In this document: positions 40,182-52,480 of the stretch, one piece after another
How the letters are laid out: the number at the start of each line of letters is the position of its first letter
How positions within the stretch are numbered: the first letter of the stretch is position 1
Assembly: GCF_036321535.1 (NCBI RefSeq)
Contig: NC_087436.1
Location: 105,030,001 to 105,094,000, forward strand
Reading direction: 5' to 3'
DNA from: Camelus dromedarius
Taxonomy: Eukaryota
DNA: 64,000 nucleotides
Notes under the pieces: model-generated
What the model was told of the DNA's origin: nothing
Seen by the model: only the letters and a program-made list of their open reading frames with translations
Databases searched by the model: none
Made by a program: the position numbers and the translations under genes

Positions 40182-40595
40182 ATTCCCTTCCGCTTTAGCC
40201 TAGCTGAATGACTGCTTCTACACATGTTCCATTCTGGGATCCAAATGTGTGTGGAAGGCGTTCTTCATCTACCTTGTTTGGAACACGGTGTTTCTGTGTT
40301 TGGGAAGACAGGCCTACAGATATATATATATATACATGTATGTATATATATATGTGTGTTTGTATGTATATATATATATATACACGTATATATATGGGAA
40401 GGCATTCACCCAAACTCCGTTTTATAAGGCAAAATTCCTTGACCTTGAAACTGGCTCTAGGAAACAGGCTGAGAAATGGGGGTAAGTGTTTCTAGAGATT
40501 ACCTTTCACTTGAGCCTAGCTGAATAACTGCTTCTGCACCTGTTCCGTTCTGGGATCATAATGTGTGTGAAAGTTGTTTTTCATCTACATTATTT
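40182..40595. repeat. Partial tandem repeat, period 316 bp (40182-40279 vs 40498-40595), with internal TA-rich microsatellite
   Basis: Ungapped alignment of 98 nt with about 16 mismatches by hand count: attcccttccgctttagcctagctgaatgactgcttc... vs attacctttcacttgagcctagctgaataactgcttc... Confidence 0.9.
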
Positions 40596-40644
40596 TTTTA
40601 ACATTTTTTATTGAGTTATAGTCATTTTAAATTCCAGTGTAGAG
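40593..40644 (-). mobile_element. 3'-terminal fragment of a young camelid-type L1
   Basis: taacattttttattgagttatagtcatttta-aattccagtgtagag is the reverse complement of the L1 end at about 60262-60320, with a short internal deletion. Confidence 0.8.
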
Positions 40645-40667
40645 ACATACTGCTTTAAGACTTAGTT

Positions 40668-40822
40668 GTTGCTTGGGTTTTTTCTTTCGGTGCTGTGGGG
40701 GAGGGGGGTTATTTATTTATTTATTTTGAAAGGAGGTACTGGGGATTGAACCCAGGGGATCGAACCCAGGACCTCCTGCATGCTAAGCACACGCTCTATC
40801 ACTTGAGCTATACCCTCTCCCC
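40668..40822 (-). mobile_element. tRNA-Ala-derived camelid SINE (Vic-1-like)
   Basis: Reverse complement ggggagagggtatagctcaagtgatagagcgtgtgcttagcatgcaggaggtcctgggttcgatccc...agtacctcc, followed by a (taaa)n/C-rich tail. Confidence 0.9.
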
Positions 40823-40835
40823 AAGGTTCAGTTTT

Positions 40836-41782
40836 ATTTTTTAAGAATTTTTTTTAAGAGCAGTTTTAGCTTTACAGAAAAATTGAGAAGGAACAGAAAG
40901 TTCCCACATCCCCCCTGCCTCCACACATGCATGGCCTCTCCCAGTATCAGCATCACTTACCAGAATGATACATTTTTTACCAAGGATGATCCTACGGTGA
41001 CACATCGTAAACACCCAAAGTCCATAGTTTACCAAAGGGTCACTCTTGCAATTATGCATTCCGCGGTTTGGATAAATGTATAATGACGTGTGTGCATCAT
41101 TATAGTACTATGCAGAATAGTTTCAGTGCTCTGAGAATCCTCAGTGCTCTACCTGCTCATCTCTCTCCCACCACCTCACCCCTGGAAACCACTAATCTTT
41201 CTACTGTCTCCATAGTTTTGCCTTTTCCATAATGTCATATAGTTGGAATCATATGGTTTGTTTAGCCTATTCAGATTGGCTTCTTTCACTTAGGACTATA
41301 CACTTAAGTTTCCTCCATCTCTCTCTCTCTCTTCTTTAAATTTTTTTTTTATTGTAGTGTAGTCAGTTTACAATGTTGTGTCAACCTCCATGTCTCTTTA
41401 TGGCTTGATAGCTCATATCTTTTTAGCGCTGAGCAATGCTCCATTATCTGGATGTACCATAGTTTATATCCATTCACTTACTGAAGGGTATCTTGGTTGC
41501 TTCCAGGTTTTGGCAATTATGAGTAAAGCTGCTATAAGCGTCCATATGTAAGTTTTTGTGTGGATATAAGTTTTCAACTCTGAATAAACACCAAGGAATG
41601 CAATTGCTGGATTTTATAGTAAGAGTATGCTTAAGTTTTGTAAAAAACTGCCAAACTGTCATCCAAAGTAACTATATCATTTTGTATTCCCACCAGCAAT
41701 AAATGAGAGTTCCTCTTGTTCCACGTTCTTGCCAGTGTTTGATGTTGTCAGATGTTCTGGATTTGGGCTATATTCTAGTAGG
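40836..41782 (-). mobile_element. L1MC1-like 3' end (contains a tiny younger L1 end at about 41335-41384)
   Basis: agagcagttttagctttacagaaaaattgag...cccaaagtccatagtttacc; the insert is flanked by cctccatctctct / cctccatgtctct. Confidence 0.8.
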
Positions 41783-41829
41783 TTAAGACTCAGTTTTCAC
41801 ATCTGTAAAATAGAACTAACAACAGTGGC

Positions 41830-42700
41830 TAATTTTTATATCCATTCATCCATCGATGGATACTAGATTTGCTTCCACCTTTTGGTTATTGTGAAAAATG
41901 CTGCAATGAACATGGGTCTACAAATATCTCAATTCTTTTGGCTATGTACACCCGGAAGTGGAATTACTGGGTCATATGGTGATTCTAATTTTAATTTTTT
42001 GAGGAACTCCCATAATGTTTGCCATAGAAGCTGCTCCATTTTACATTCCCTCTAGCAGTGCACAAGGGTTCAATCTTTCCACACCCTTTCTAATACTTAC
42101 TATTTTCTGCTTTTGACAACCATCCTCACAAATATGAGGTAGTTCTAGGGTATTCTTGTTTTTAATTTTAAGGCTTTTTTTTAAGAGCAATTTTTAGAGC
42201 AGGTTCATAGCAAAATTGAGAGGAATGTACAGAAAGGCTGTAGGAAATTAGTCAAGAATAAAGGAGACTAAAGAGATAAGACAAGAAAATGCAATGGCTG
42301 ATCCTTCATTGGCCTGGATTTAAAATGTTTTTAAAAATCTACAGTTTAAAAGATATCACTGGGACAATTGGAGAAATGTGATCATGGAATATCTATTAAT
42401 GTTAATTTCATGAAGTGTAACCATTGTATTGTGCTTATGAGGGAGAATGCCTCTGTTGTTGGGAAATGCTTCCTGGAGCATTTCGGGTGATGTTGTCATG
42501 AGGTCTACAAGTAACTCTCAAATGGTTCAGCAAAAAACAAACAAACAAATAAACCAGGGTGTATACACATATGGAAAGAGAGCATAAATGCATGGGGAAG
42601 TGTTAACTCTTGGTAAGGCTAAGTGAAGTGCATAGGGGTGCTCATTGTCCTATTCTTGCAATTTATTTGAAGATTTAAACTTTTTTTTTAATGGAAGGTA
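41830..42700. mobile_element. Cluster of old L1M fragments (- then +)
   Basis: tccattcatccatcgatggatac...ttacattccctctagcagtgcacaagggtt (-); gggacaattggagaaatgtg...taactctcaaatggttcag (+). Confidence 0.7.
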
Positions 42701-43409
42701 GGAGAATCTCTGCCTATAAGTCCTTGCAGTGATGTCTCTCACTGTGTGACTTTATTGCCATCTTATATCCTTTTTGGAATAAAGAGTGTGGAGTGTAAAT
42801 AATTTTTAAATAGCAGCTTCTTTCCAGACATTTTTAGTAGAGACAGTGGAAAGTGTGATTAAAAAATACAACAAAACAAAAACAAAGACCACAGCTGCCT
42901 TGTCATTTAAAAATAAATGTACCTAACTTTGTTATTTTTGATGCAATAGAAATGTTTATGCCAGTTACAAAATTCTGGTTTCTGAAGTGGGAAAAAAAAA
43001 GTGAATGAAGGGCCACCAATGGCAAAATGTCCTTTTTTCTTGTGGGTGAGCTGTGTTCCATCGCATATATGTGCTGCATCTTCTTTGTCCATCCAGCTAT
43101 TGATGTGCACTTGCGGCGCTTCATGTCTCGGCAATTATAAATAATGTTGCTGTTAATAGTGGGGTGTATGTAGCTCTTCAAATTGATTCTTATTTTGTGG
43201 TTGGCTTTATTCCTTTGATAACTATGTAAGTTTAAAAAGCTAAAGCTCTAACATTCTTAGAAACAAGGAACAGTACATGCATGTAATTTTTTTAAATGTG
43301 CGCAGTATATTGTGCATATGTATTTAAATGGAATATACTGTGTATGTGAAGTCAAACTGTAACAATTCTACCTAATAAAACTGAAAAATGAAAAACAAAG
43401 TACCTATTC

Positions 43410-43650
43410 TAAAAAAAGACAAAGCTAAAATAAGGTAAAAATCTGAACAGTGGTTGCCAGGGCCAGGGGGCAGAAAGAAGACTACTCACAAAGGGGCAGG
43501 AGGGGACTTTGGGGGATGATGAAAATATTCTATACCTTAATTGTGGTGATTGTGGTCCAGCTGTACACATTTGTCAAAGTCCTAGAACCACAGACCTAAA
43601 AGGTGTGAATATTGCTGTGTACAAACTATACCTCAATAAGCATGACTTGG
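43410..43650 (+). mobile_element. Old L1M 3' end
   Basis: gtggttgccagggcc...ttgggggatgatgaaaatattctatacctt...aaactatacctcaataa. Confidence 0.75.
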
Positions 43651-44166
43651 GAAAAAGAAAACACTCTGGTTTTTTAGCATCCTGCTCATATTCCTACTGG
43701 CTTGAAGGGAATTTTTCCTGCCCAGAGGTTTGTCTACTTGCCCCAAGCAAGAGAGAAAGCTGAGATTAGTGCAAATCAAGAAAGGTATCCTCCAAGGCTC
43801 CATGAGCCACAAACTTCTGCTCCAACAACCTCCCTTTGGGCCATCCTCCCCCCTCACCTGGGCTTCTGTCCCACCATTGGTCATGGTTTTGAACTGGACA
43901 CAGAAAAGAGGATCCACTGTCAGAAGCCATCAGTGGGAGTGTTTATGCTTTCAGTGGAAGAGAGCTTCTTGCCTTTTTTCTCGTACATAGTCAATAAACA
44001 TTTACCAAGTAACCTCCAGGCGCTGGGCAGTACACTCAGCATGGGAGGATAATGTGCAGAAACCCATCATAATAGACTACGATTTAGGAGAATCAGAGCA
44101 TTTTAGAGTTACAGCCCTTTAGGAATCACCATTTGATACCTTCATTTCACAAGTTGGAAGACTGAG

Positions 44167-44566
44167 TGTTATGAACCGAATGCTTATGTCCCCTCAAAAT
44201 TCATGTGTTGAAATCCTAACCCTCAAAGTGATGTTATTAGGAGGTGGGGAGTTTGGGAGGTGATTAGGTCATGAGGGTGGGGCCCCTGAGAATAGAATTA
44301 GTCCCATTCATGGGGTTAGACTCATGAATGGGTTTTATTGTCCCTTCATAAGAGACACAAGAGAGATGCTCTTTCTCTTTGTGTAGCAGGACACAGTGAG
44401 GCGACAGACATCTATAAACTAGCAAGAGGCTCCTCACCAGAACCCAGCCATGCTGGCACCCTGATCCCAGACTTCTAGCCTCCAGAACTGTGAGAAATAA
44501 ATGTTTGTTTTTCAAGCCACCCCAATCTATACGATTCTGTTACAGCAACCAGAATAGACTAAGACA
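44167..44566 (+). mobile_element. MLT1A-like MaLR solo LTR with 5-bp TSD, inserted in a MIR
   Basis: tgttatgaaccgaatgcttatgtcccctcaaaattcatgtgttgaaatcctaac ... gactaagaca; TSD ctgag at 44162-44166 and 44567-44571. Confidence 0.92.
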
Positions 44567-45779
44567 CTGAGGCCCAGAGCAATGTAGGGATAAACTCAAA
44601 GTCGTGCAGAAGTCAGTGAGCCTCTCACAAATTTACGAATACCTTCACACACTCAGCAGTGAGAGGCAGAACCAGCTCAAGGCAAGAGCTGGAGCTTTCA
44701 AGCTGGATGCATTTAGACCCAAGCTCAGCCTCTTAGATTTTGGCATGGTAGCTGGCCTCAGCTCCTCACCTGTACAATGAGCATGACAGTCCCCTCATTG
44801 CAGGGTCTCCTGCAGAAACTGGTATAGTTTATGTAGAGTCCCTGGTGTAGAGTAAACCATTGTGGGAGACATGGGGACTATGGACCAGCCAAAGGACAAC
44901 AGTCCTCTTTAAGATTCTGATAAGGAGATGGGGTAAGGAGGCACAGAGATGTCTGATGAATTCACCAGTGTCACAGCTCTGCTTGGAGCCGGTCATTGAT
45001 CAAATTAACTCAATGTGTTGAGATGACTCTGTATTAGAAACATGTTCTAAATGATGTTTTACAACTAATACCCTTCTCAGAAAGGCAGAGGAGAGAAAAC
45101 AGGGGGTTCTGATAGCAAAAGCATTTTCTGAATATTTGAAAAATGCACGCAGCCTAAATGGTACTTTATATCTGGAAATCGAAATTATTGGAAGGCTCAA
45201 ATTCTTACTACATGACACAGGCAAGAAGGCGTTTTCAGATCCCTAGAGTCATTCAAATTGGACTCCACTGTCAAGGTGAGATCCTTTAGGGATCTGCTAT
45301 AAGGAAGAAACAGGGTTATTTTATTTACCAAATCCATATGTTTGAGGGTAAATGAGTGCCCCTGGGGGGGCCAAAACCAGATTATTCTCCAAAGGAGCAT
45401 AAAATTCATTTGCAGCCTCCTTCAGACAGTCTGGCATTGCACACCTCCTTCAGGGTTAGGCAAAATAGGTGATGAAAAATAGGTACTCTTTACTCTGGAG
45501 ACTGTGTCCCGAATGGACAAAGGCTTACTCTCAGTTTAGCACATCCTCCCTGGCGATCCCTAGCCAGGTTCTATGGACCAGCTTAGCAGGTCTGGTCCTG
45601 GCATCTCTGAGCAAGTATCTGGACCCTGCATCCTCCACGCCTCTGCAAAGACCTCGCCCCAACTTCACTAGCCAGGGAAGTTGGTACCATGCCTGCCTCT
45701 TTACATCTAGGTGACAGGTACCTCTTCTAGTGGTTTGGGACTTGATCCTTAGGTAACGTTTCCAAAAATGCGGAAGGTA

Positions 45780-46155
45780 TACAACATCATGGGTTAGAGG
45801 CTCAGCTCCAGACTCAGTGTCTGGGTTTGAGTCTTGGCTTAGCCTCCCACCAGCTTGGGTCCCTGTGCGCAAGCTAATGTTCCTATGCCTGCCTCTATTT
45901 CCCCGGCTACAAAACGGAGATAATGATAATAATAATAGCAAACATGTGCATATGTCTTCTCCCCAGCAGACGCCGTTCTGAACGCTTTACGTAGATCAAC
46001 CAGCTAATCCTCTCACAGCAATAGTAGAAGTCAGTACTGCGGTTACCCTCCTCCTCCCTACCTCACCATGAGGATTAAATAAATTCATACCCAGGAAGGA
46101 AGGCACTGAGACAGTTCCTGACTCAGCACTCAATAAATCCTAGCTATTATTACAT
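45780..46155. mobile_element. MIR cluster
   Basis: ctgggtttgagtcttggctt...; cctacctcaccatgaggattaaataaattca...cactcaataaatcctagctattatt. Confidence 0.7.
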
Positions 46156-47399
46156 GAGATGATTTTAAAGGTCACATGGATAGCATGTTTAAGTTCACAG
46201 TGTGCATTTATAAAATTAAAAGTGTATTAGAAGGAAACTATATACTTTGCCTATGATTTCATTCTTATTATTTCCTAAATTAAGGATGAGGATAGTATTT
46301 AAGTAAAACATATACAGTCAATTTAAAAAGAGATTAAGTGAACAATCGCATAGACTTTAAAGAGATTACAGCAAAAATCATTAAGGTCGACCATAAATGC
46401 CCAAACACTGGGAAACACTGCTCTAGACTCAAAACAGCCAAAACACTGCCTGTTATTAGCAGGTGTCTTCTCTGTTCTTTCTTCCAAATGTCCACCTCTA
46501 CCTGGTTCTGCAGTCAAGAAAGGAGTCCCATTCCCTCCCTGAAACCAGCCTGTCCTTTTCGGCTCATGCTGTTTCTCGGGTCAAGTCCATGGTCTCAAGA
46601 AGAGGCAAAGGGTGTGTTTCCCACTCTCTAATCTAGAGGTGGGCTGGGGGGAGCTCCCCCTAGACCACACGTCAGGCAGGTGATGATAACAGCATGGGTG
46701 AGGAGACACCACCTGTCCCACTAATGACAGGATCCCGCGCCCCTGGCAGCGCTAATTACTCCCCTAGTCTTTTAAGATCACTCCCTACCTAACTGTTAAC
46801 AAGTCCTTTCTCCAGAAACTTGGAAACCACTTGAGCTGTTTGACTACAGCTCTTGGAGACAGAGAGAAGGGCTTGGCTGGGCTGGCTATACCTGCCTTTG
46901 GAGATATTTACAAATAGGTAACTCTTTAGCTTTTCAGTGAGATCTTGAATCAAGAGGGAGCTGCTGAGGCTCCGAAAGGTCTATGGAAACCTTGGTCACG
47001 GGTTTTGTTTTCCCCTGAAGAAAAGCCCGGGGCCGTCCCAGTCTGCCCAGACTTCCCGGTGAGCTTACCTGGGACGCAAGGCAGCTGGGTTTCCCAGAAC
47101 CCTTCTCGCCGTGGAGCTGCCAGGCTGCTCTCTTTCAAACTCACATTCAGCATCACCTTCACAGGTTTAATTTCATTCCCAGAGGAAAACATGCATAGAG
47201 AAACAGAAATAACTTCTTTTTGGAGGTTACCAAACATAGTGCCACTGAGAACTGGAATTCCCAGTCTCTCTGGTTTGCGGTCTCCCCACGCCTTGTTATT
47301 GTTTTACCTTCTTCCAGGGACACTAACGTGATTCCCCAGAGTAATTATTCTGCCTTCACTAGTCCCTGCTGCCTCGAAATTCAGACCCATTTCTTGGCA

Positions 47400-47720
47400 G
47401 CTTACGAGGTACCAAAGACTCTGCTAAGAACTTTTCAAACATCATCTCATGCAAACCTCACAATGACCTTGTGAGTTTAGGTTTATTTTCTTCTGCGGGA
47501 AGCCACTTAGTAAGAAGTCTGGAGTCAAAGTCAGGGCTGGATCAATGGCTCCATCTGTCATCAGTCTTTCTAGGTTTCCATCTTTCCTCATTGCCATCTT
47601 TCTCCAGGGAAACAGAGGTTCAAAGGGCTTAAGCAACTTGCCACAAATCACAAAGCTAGTTAAAAGAAGGGATGGGATTTGAACCCAATCCTGCCTACCT
47701 CCAAAACTTCCTGCCATGCT
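47400..47720 (-). mobile_element. MIR fragments
   Basis: gggaaacagaggttcaaagggcttaagcaacttgccacaaatcacaaagctagt...gggatttgaaccc. Confidence 0.75.
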
Positions 47721-48007
47721 GGATGGAATCTTTCTGCGGATGGAATAAAGGGAGAGGGGTGACAGGCAGGGATATGCCAGCCCAGCCCCAGGGGCACTAG
47801 TACTACCTTCCAGTACATCCCCAGCTCAAGTCCCAAACACAGGGAGGACTTGGACCAGTAACTAGGAGCTGGTGGATGTGGGAGGAAAAAGGTCTGGGAC
47901 CCTCATCTCCTGGGCTTTGGCTCACACCTCTGCCTGATGCAGCTCCTGGTCCTTTCAACTCCTACAAACCTCCCTACCCTGGACTACAAATGCCAGACCT
48001 CCTCACA

Positions 48008-48105
48008 CAGGGTTGCCAGACTTAAGGAAAAAACAAGACAAAATAGAACTCTCAATTAAATTTGAATTTCAGACACAAAAGAAATAATTTTTTAGTTTAA
48101 GTATG
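48008..48105. mobile_element. Half MER53
   Basis: cagggttgccagactta...aattaaatttgaatttcagacacaaaagaaataattttttagtttaagtatg. Confidence 0.75.
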
Positions 48106-48387
48106 GATATCCATTCAACAGAAAAGCAGGAAGGTTAGCAGAGATGATTCATTAAAATAATATTATCACAGTTCTTTGGTCTCCCAAGAAAAACTATGTA
48201 AGCATAAAACTTTATGACCTTAGTATACTATTATTATTTTATGTTTACATTTGAGATCAACTTAATCTTAATATACTAAAATGATATAGGTGTTAACCAA
48301 AGACATTAATAAACATAGAAGGTAAGATCTTAAAGACAGATAACACAGATAAGTTATTTTGCCATGCAGCACTAAGAAGCGATGTCA

Positions 48388-50790
48388 AAGTCCAGGACTG
48401 GACGGCTTCACTGGGGAATTTTACCAAATATACAAAAAAGAACTCATACTGGTCCTTCTCAAACTCTTCCAGAAGATTGAAAAGGATGGAGTACTCCCAA
48501 ACTCATTCTATGAAGCCACCATCTCCCTAATACCAAAACCAGACAAAGAAACTACCAAAAAAGAAAATTATAGAACAATATCACTGATGAACATATATGC
48601 AAAAATCCTCAACAAAATATTAGCAAACAGAATCCAATAGCACATAAAAAAGATCATACATACACCATGATGAAGTTGAGTTCATCCCAGGAACACGAGG
48701 ATGGTTCAACATATGTAAATTAGTCAATGTGATACACCACATCCACAAAAGAAAGGACAAAAACCACATAATCATCTCAATAGATGCAGAAAAAGCAACT
48801 GATAAAATTCAACACCGATTTATGATAAAAACCCTTACCAAAGTGGGTATAGAGGGAACATGTCTCAACATAATAAAAGCTATTTATGACAAACCTATAG
48901 CCAGCATAGTACTCAATGGTGAAAAACTGAAAACCTTCCCACTAAAATCTGGGACAAGACAAGGTTGTCCACTCTCACCACTTCTATTCAACATAGTCTT
49001 GGAAGTCCTAGCCACAGCAATCAGGCAAGGGAAAGAAATAAAAGGGATACAAATTGGAAAGGAAGAGGTAAAATTGTCACTATGTGCAGACAACATGATA
49101 CTACATATAGAAAATCCTAAAAACTCCACACAAAAACTACTAGAATGAATAAAAGAATTTGGAAGCTAGCAGGATACAAGACTAATGTACAAAAATCAAT
49201 CGCACTTATTTACACTAACAATGAATCAACAGGAAAAGAAAGTAAAGAAACAGTCCCTTTTAAAATAGCACCCAAAGTAATAAAATACCTAGGAGTAAAT
49301 CTAGAAAGACTTCTACATGAGAACTACAAAACATTGATTAAGGAAATTAAAGAAGACTTAAAGAAATGGAAAGATATCCCATGCTCCTGGATTGGAAGAA
49401 TCAATATTGTTAAAATGGCCATACTGCCCAAGGCAATCTACAGATTTAATGCAATCCCTATCAAATTACCAAGGATATTTTTCACAGAACTAGAACAAAT
49501 CATATTAAAATTTATATGGAACCACAAAAGACCCAGAATTGCCAAAGCATTACTGAAGAAAAAGAATGAGGCTGGAGGAATAACCCTCCCAGACTTCAAA
49601 CATTACTACAGAGCTACAGTAATCAAAGCAGCATGATATTGGTACAAAAACAGACATATGGATCAATGGAACAGAATAGAGAGCCCAGAAATGAACCCAC
49701 AAATTTTGGTCAATTAATCTTTGACAAAGGAGGCAAGAACATACAATGGAATAAAGATAATCTCTTCAGCAAATGGTGTTGGGAAAACTGGAAAGCTGCA
49801 TGTAAGTAAATTAAGTTAGAATGCTCCCTCACATCATACACAAAAATAAACTCAAGATGGTTTAAAGGCTTAAACACAAGACAAGACACAATAAATCTCC
49901 TAGAAGAAAATATAGGCAAAACATTATCTCACATGCATCTCAGCAATGTTCTCCTAGAGCAGTCTACCCAAGCAATAGAAATAAAAGCAAAAATGAACAA
50001 ATGGGACCTAATTAAACTTACAAACTTTTGCACAGCAAAGGAAACCATAAGCAAAACAAACAACCTACGGAATGGGAGAAAATTTTTGCAAAAGATAAGA
50101 CTGACAAGGGCTTGACTTCTAGAATACATAAACAGTTCATATGACTTAATAAGAAAAAAACAAACAACCCAATCCAAAAGTGGGCAGAAGACCTAAACAA
50201 GCAATTCTCCAGTGAAGACATACAAATGGCCAATAGACACATGAAAAAATGCTCAATATCACTAATTATCAGAGAAATGCAAATCAAAACTACAATATAG
50301 TATCACCTCACACCAGTCAGAATGGCCATCATTCAAAAGTCCACAAATGACAAATGCTGGAGAGGGTGTGGAAAACAGGGAATCCTCCTACACTGTTGGT
50401 GGCAATGCAGTTTGGTGCAGCCACTGTGGAAAACAGTATGGAGATTCCTCAAAAGACTAAAAATAGATTTACCATATGACCCAGCAATCCCACTCCTGGG
50501 CATACATCCAGAGGGAACCTTACTTCAAATAGACACCTGCACCCCAATGTTCATAGCAGCACTATTTACAATAGCCAAGACATGGAAATAACCTAAGTGT
50601 CCATCAACAGATGACTGGATAAAGAAGATGTGGTATATTTATACAATGGAATACTACTCAGCCATAAAAAATGATAAAATAATGCCATTTGCAGCAACAT
50701 GGATGGCCTTGGAGAATGTCATTCTAAGTGAAGTAAGCCAGAAAGAGAAAGAAACATACTATATGATATCACTCATATGTGGAATCTAAT
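48388..50790 (+). pseudogene. Disrupted L1 ORF2 (reverse transcriptase plus Cys-rich C-terminus)
   Basis: Pieces [49 protein letters not shown] (degenerate F/YADD), [17 protein letters not shown] and [18 protein letters not shown], split by stops and frameshifts. Confidence 0.95.
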
Positions 50791-51114
50791 TTTAAAAAAG
50801 ACAAATGAACTTTTATATATAAAACAGAGACAGATTCAGAGACACAGAATACAGACTTGTGGTTTCCAGGAGGGAGGAGGGTGGGAAGGGATAAACTGGG
50901 AGTTCGAGATTTGCAGATACTCACTGGTATATATAAAATAGATAAACAAGTTTATACTATATGGCACAGGGAAATATATTCAATATCTTGTAGTAGCTTA
51001 TGGTGAAAATAATGTGAAAATGAATATATATATATCCATGTATGACTGAAGCATTGTGCCGTATACCAGAAATTGACACAACATTGTAAACTGACTATAC
51101 CTCAATAAAAAAAA
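48388..51114 (+). mobile_element. 5'-truncated L1 (about 2.7 kb: ORF2 RT and C-terminal domains, 3' UTR, poly-A) with 14-bp TSD
   Basis: TSD aagaagcgatgtca (48374-48387) / aagaagtgatgtca (51115-51128); aataaa plus A-tail at about 51104-51114. Confidence 0.97.
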
Positions 51115-51825
51115 AAGAAGTGATGTCAGCATATAGCATATTATTAATTCTTTTTCTCATATGATTTACTGGAGCTAGAAGGATGAAACTAAGTGTTTGG
51201 AGCTATCTAATAAAACTTTCATAAATACCAAAAACTGAACAAAAAGATGTTAAAAGTGATCCACCTCGCTAGTAACAAAGAAATTAGAACAATAAAATAT
51301 TACTTTCACTTATTAGATGTATCCATACATTAATCAGTTGAATAAACAATGCTGACAACAGCTAATGATGTGATACAGGTGGGTAGAAATATGACAGGGT
51401 ACTCACATTTAATACAAGAAGGAGTAAAAATCTCTACCTTTCTCAAGAGCAATTGAGTAAATTAGATCAAAAGTCTTAGAAATGGGCATCTGTTCTGACT
51501 CAAAGGTACTTCTTGGAATTTGTCCTAAGAAAATAACTTGGGATAGGGGCAAGATTTCATTACAAAGATGTTTACTGCTGCATTGTTAGTGTATATATAA
51601 CACTATGATATGTATCATTATGGTAATTATTAATATATATCATTATGGCATATATATTATGATATATGTCATTGTAATTATGATATATAATTATTAGTAA
51701 TATAGACGCACATATATGTGGTGTATATACACGTCATACATCATATATACACCATATAAATATAAAATACACACACATCAATGGGGAAAGTAATAAATTT
51801 TGGCACACCTATTCAAAGGCAAGCA

Positions 51826-52480
51826 TTTTTTTTAATTGAAGTATAGTTGATTTACAATGTTGTGTTAGTTTCTGGTGTATAGCAGAGTGATTCAGTCATA
51901 TATATATATATATATTCTTTTTCATGTTTTTCCATTATAGGTTACTACAAGATGTTGAGTATAGTTCCCTGTGTTGTACAGTAGGACCTTGTTGTTTATT
52001 TTATATATAGTAGTTTGTATCTGCTAATCCTAAACTCCAAATTTATCCCTCCCCCCACATCCCCTTTGGTATCCATAAGTTTGTTTTCTATGTCTGTGAG
52101 TTTGTTTCTGTTTTGTAAATAAGTTCATTTGTGTCATTTTTTTAGATTCCACCTATAAGTGATATGATGTGATATTTGTCTTTCTCTGTCTGACTTACTT
52201 CACTTAGTATGACAACCTCTAGATCCATCCATGTTGCTGCAGATGGTATTGTTTCATTCTTTTTTATGGCTGGCTGGGTATACCCACCATGTATATATAC
52301 CACAGCTTCTTTACCCTGTCATCTGTTGATGGACATTTAGATTGCTACCATGTCTTGACTGTTGTAAATACTGCTTCTACGAACACTGGGGTGCATGTAT
52401 CTTTTCACATTAGGGTTTTCTTGGGATAGACGCCCAAGAGTAGGACTGCTGGATCAAATGGTAAATGTATTTTTAGTTTA
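51826..52480 (-). mobile_element. L1 3' end (same type as 13250 and 17194)
   Basis: ttttttttaattgaagtatagttgatttacaatgttgtgttagtttctggtg...ggactgctggatcaaatggtaa. Confidence 0.92.

Noticed and set aside
40182..40595. CRISPR-like repeat-spacer array
   Set aside because: Only two ~98-bp diverged copies, in mammalian DNA, with no cas genes.
31219..46128. Two perfect TGACTCAGCA (ARE/MARE) sites at 31219-31228 (-) and 46119-46128 (+)
   Set aside because: Isolated 10-mers inside L2/MIR fossils, with no other support.
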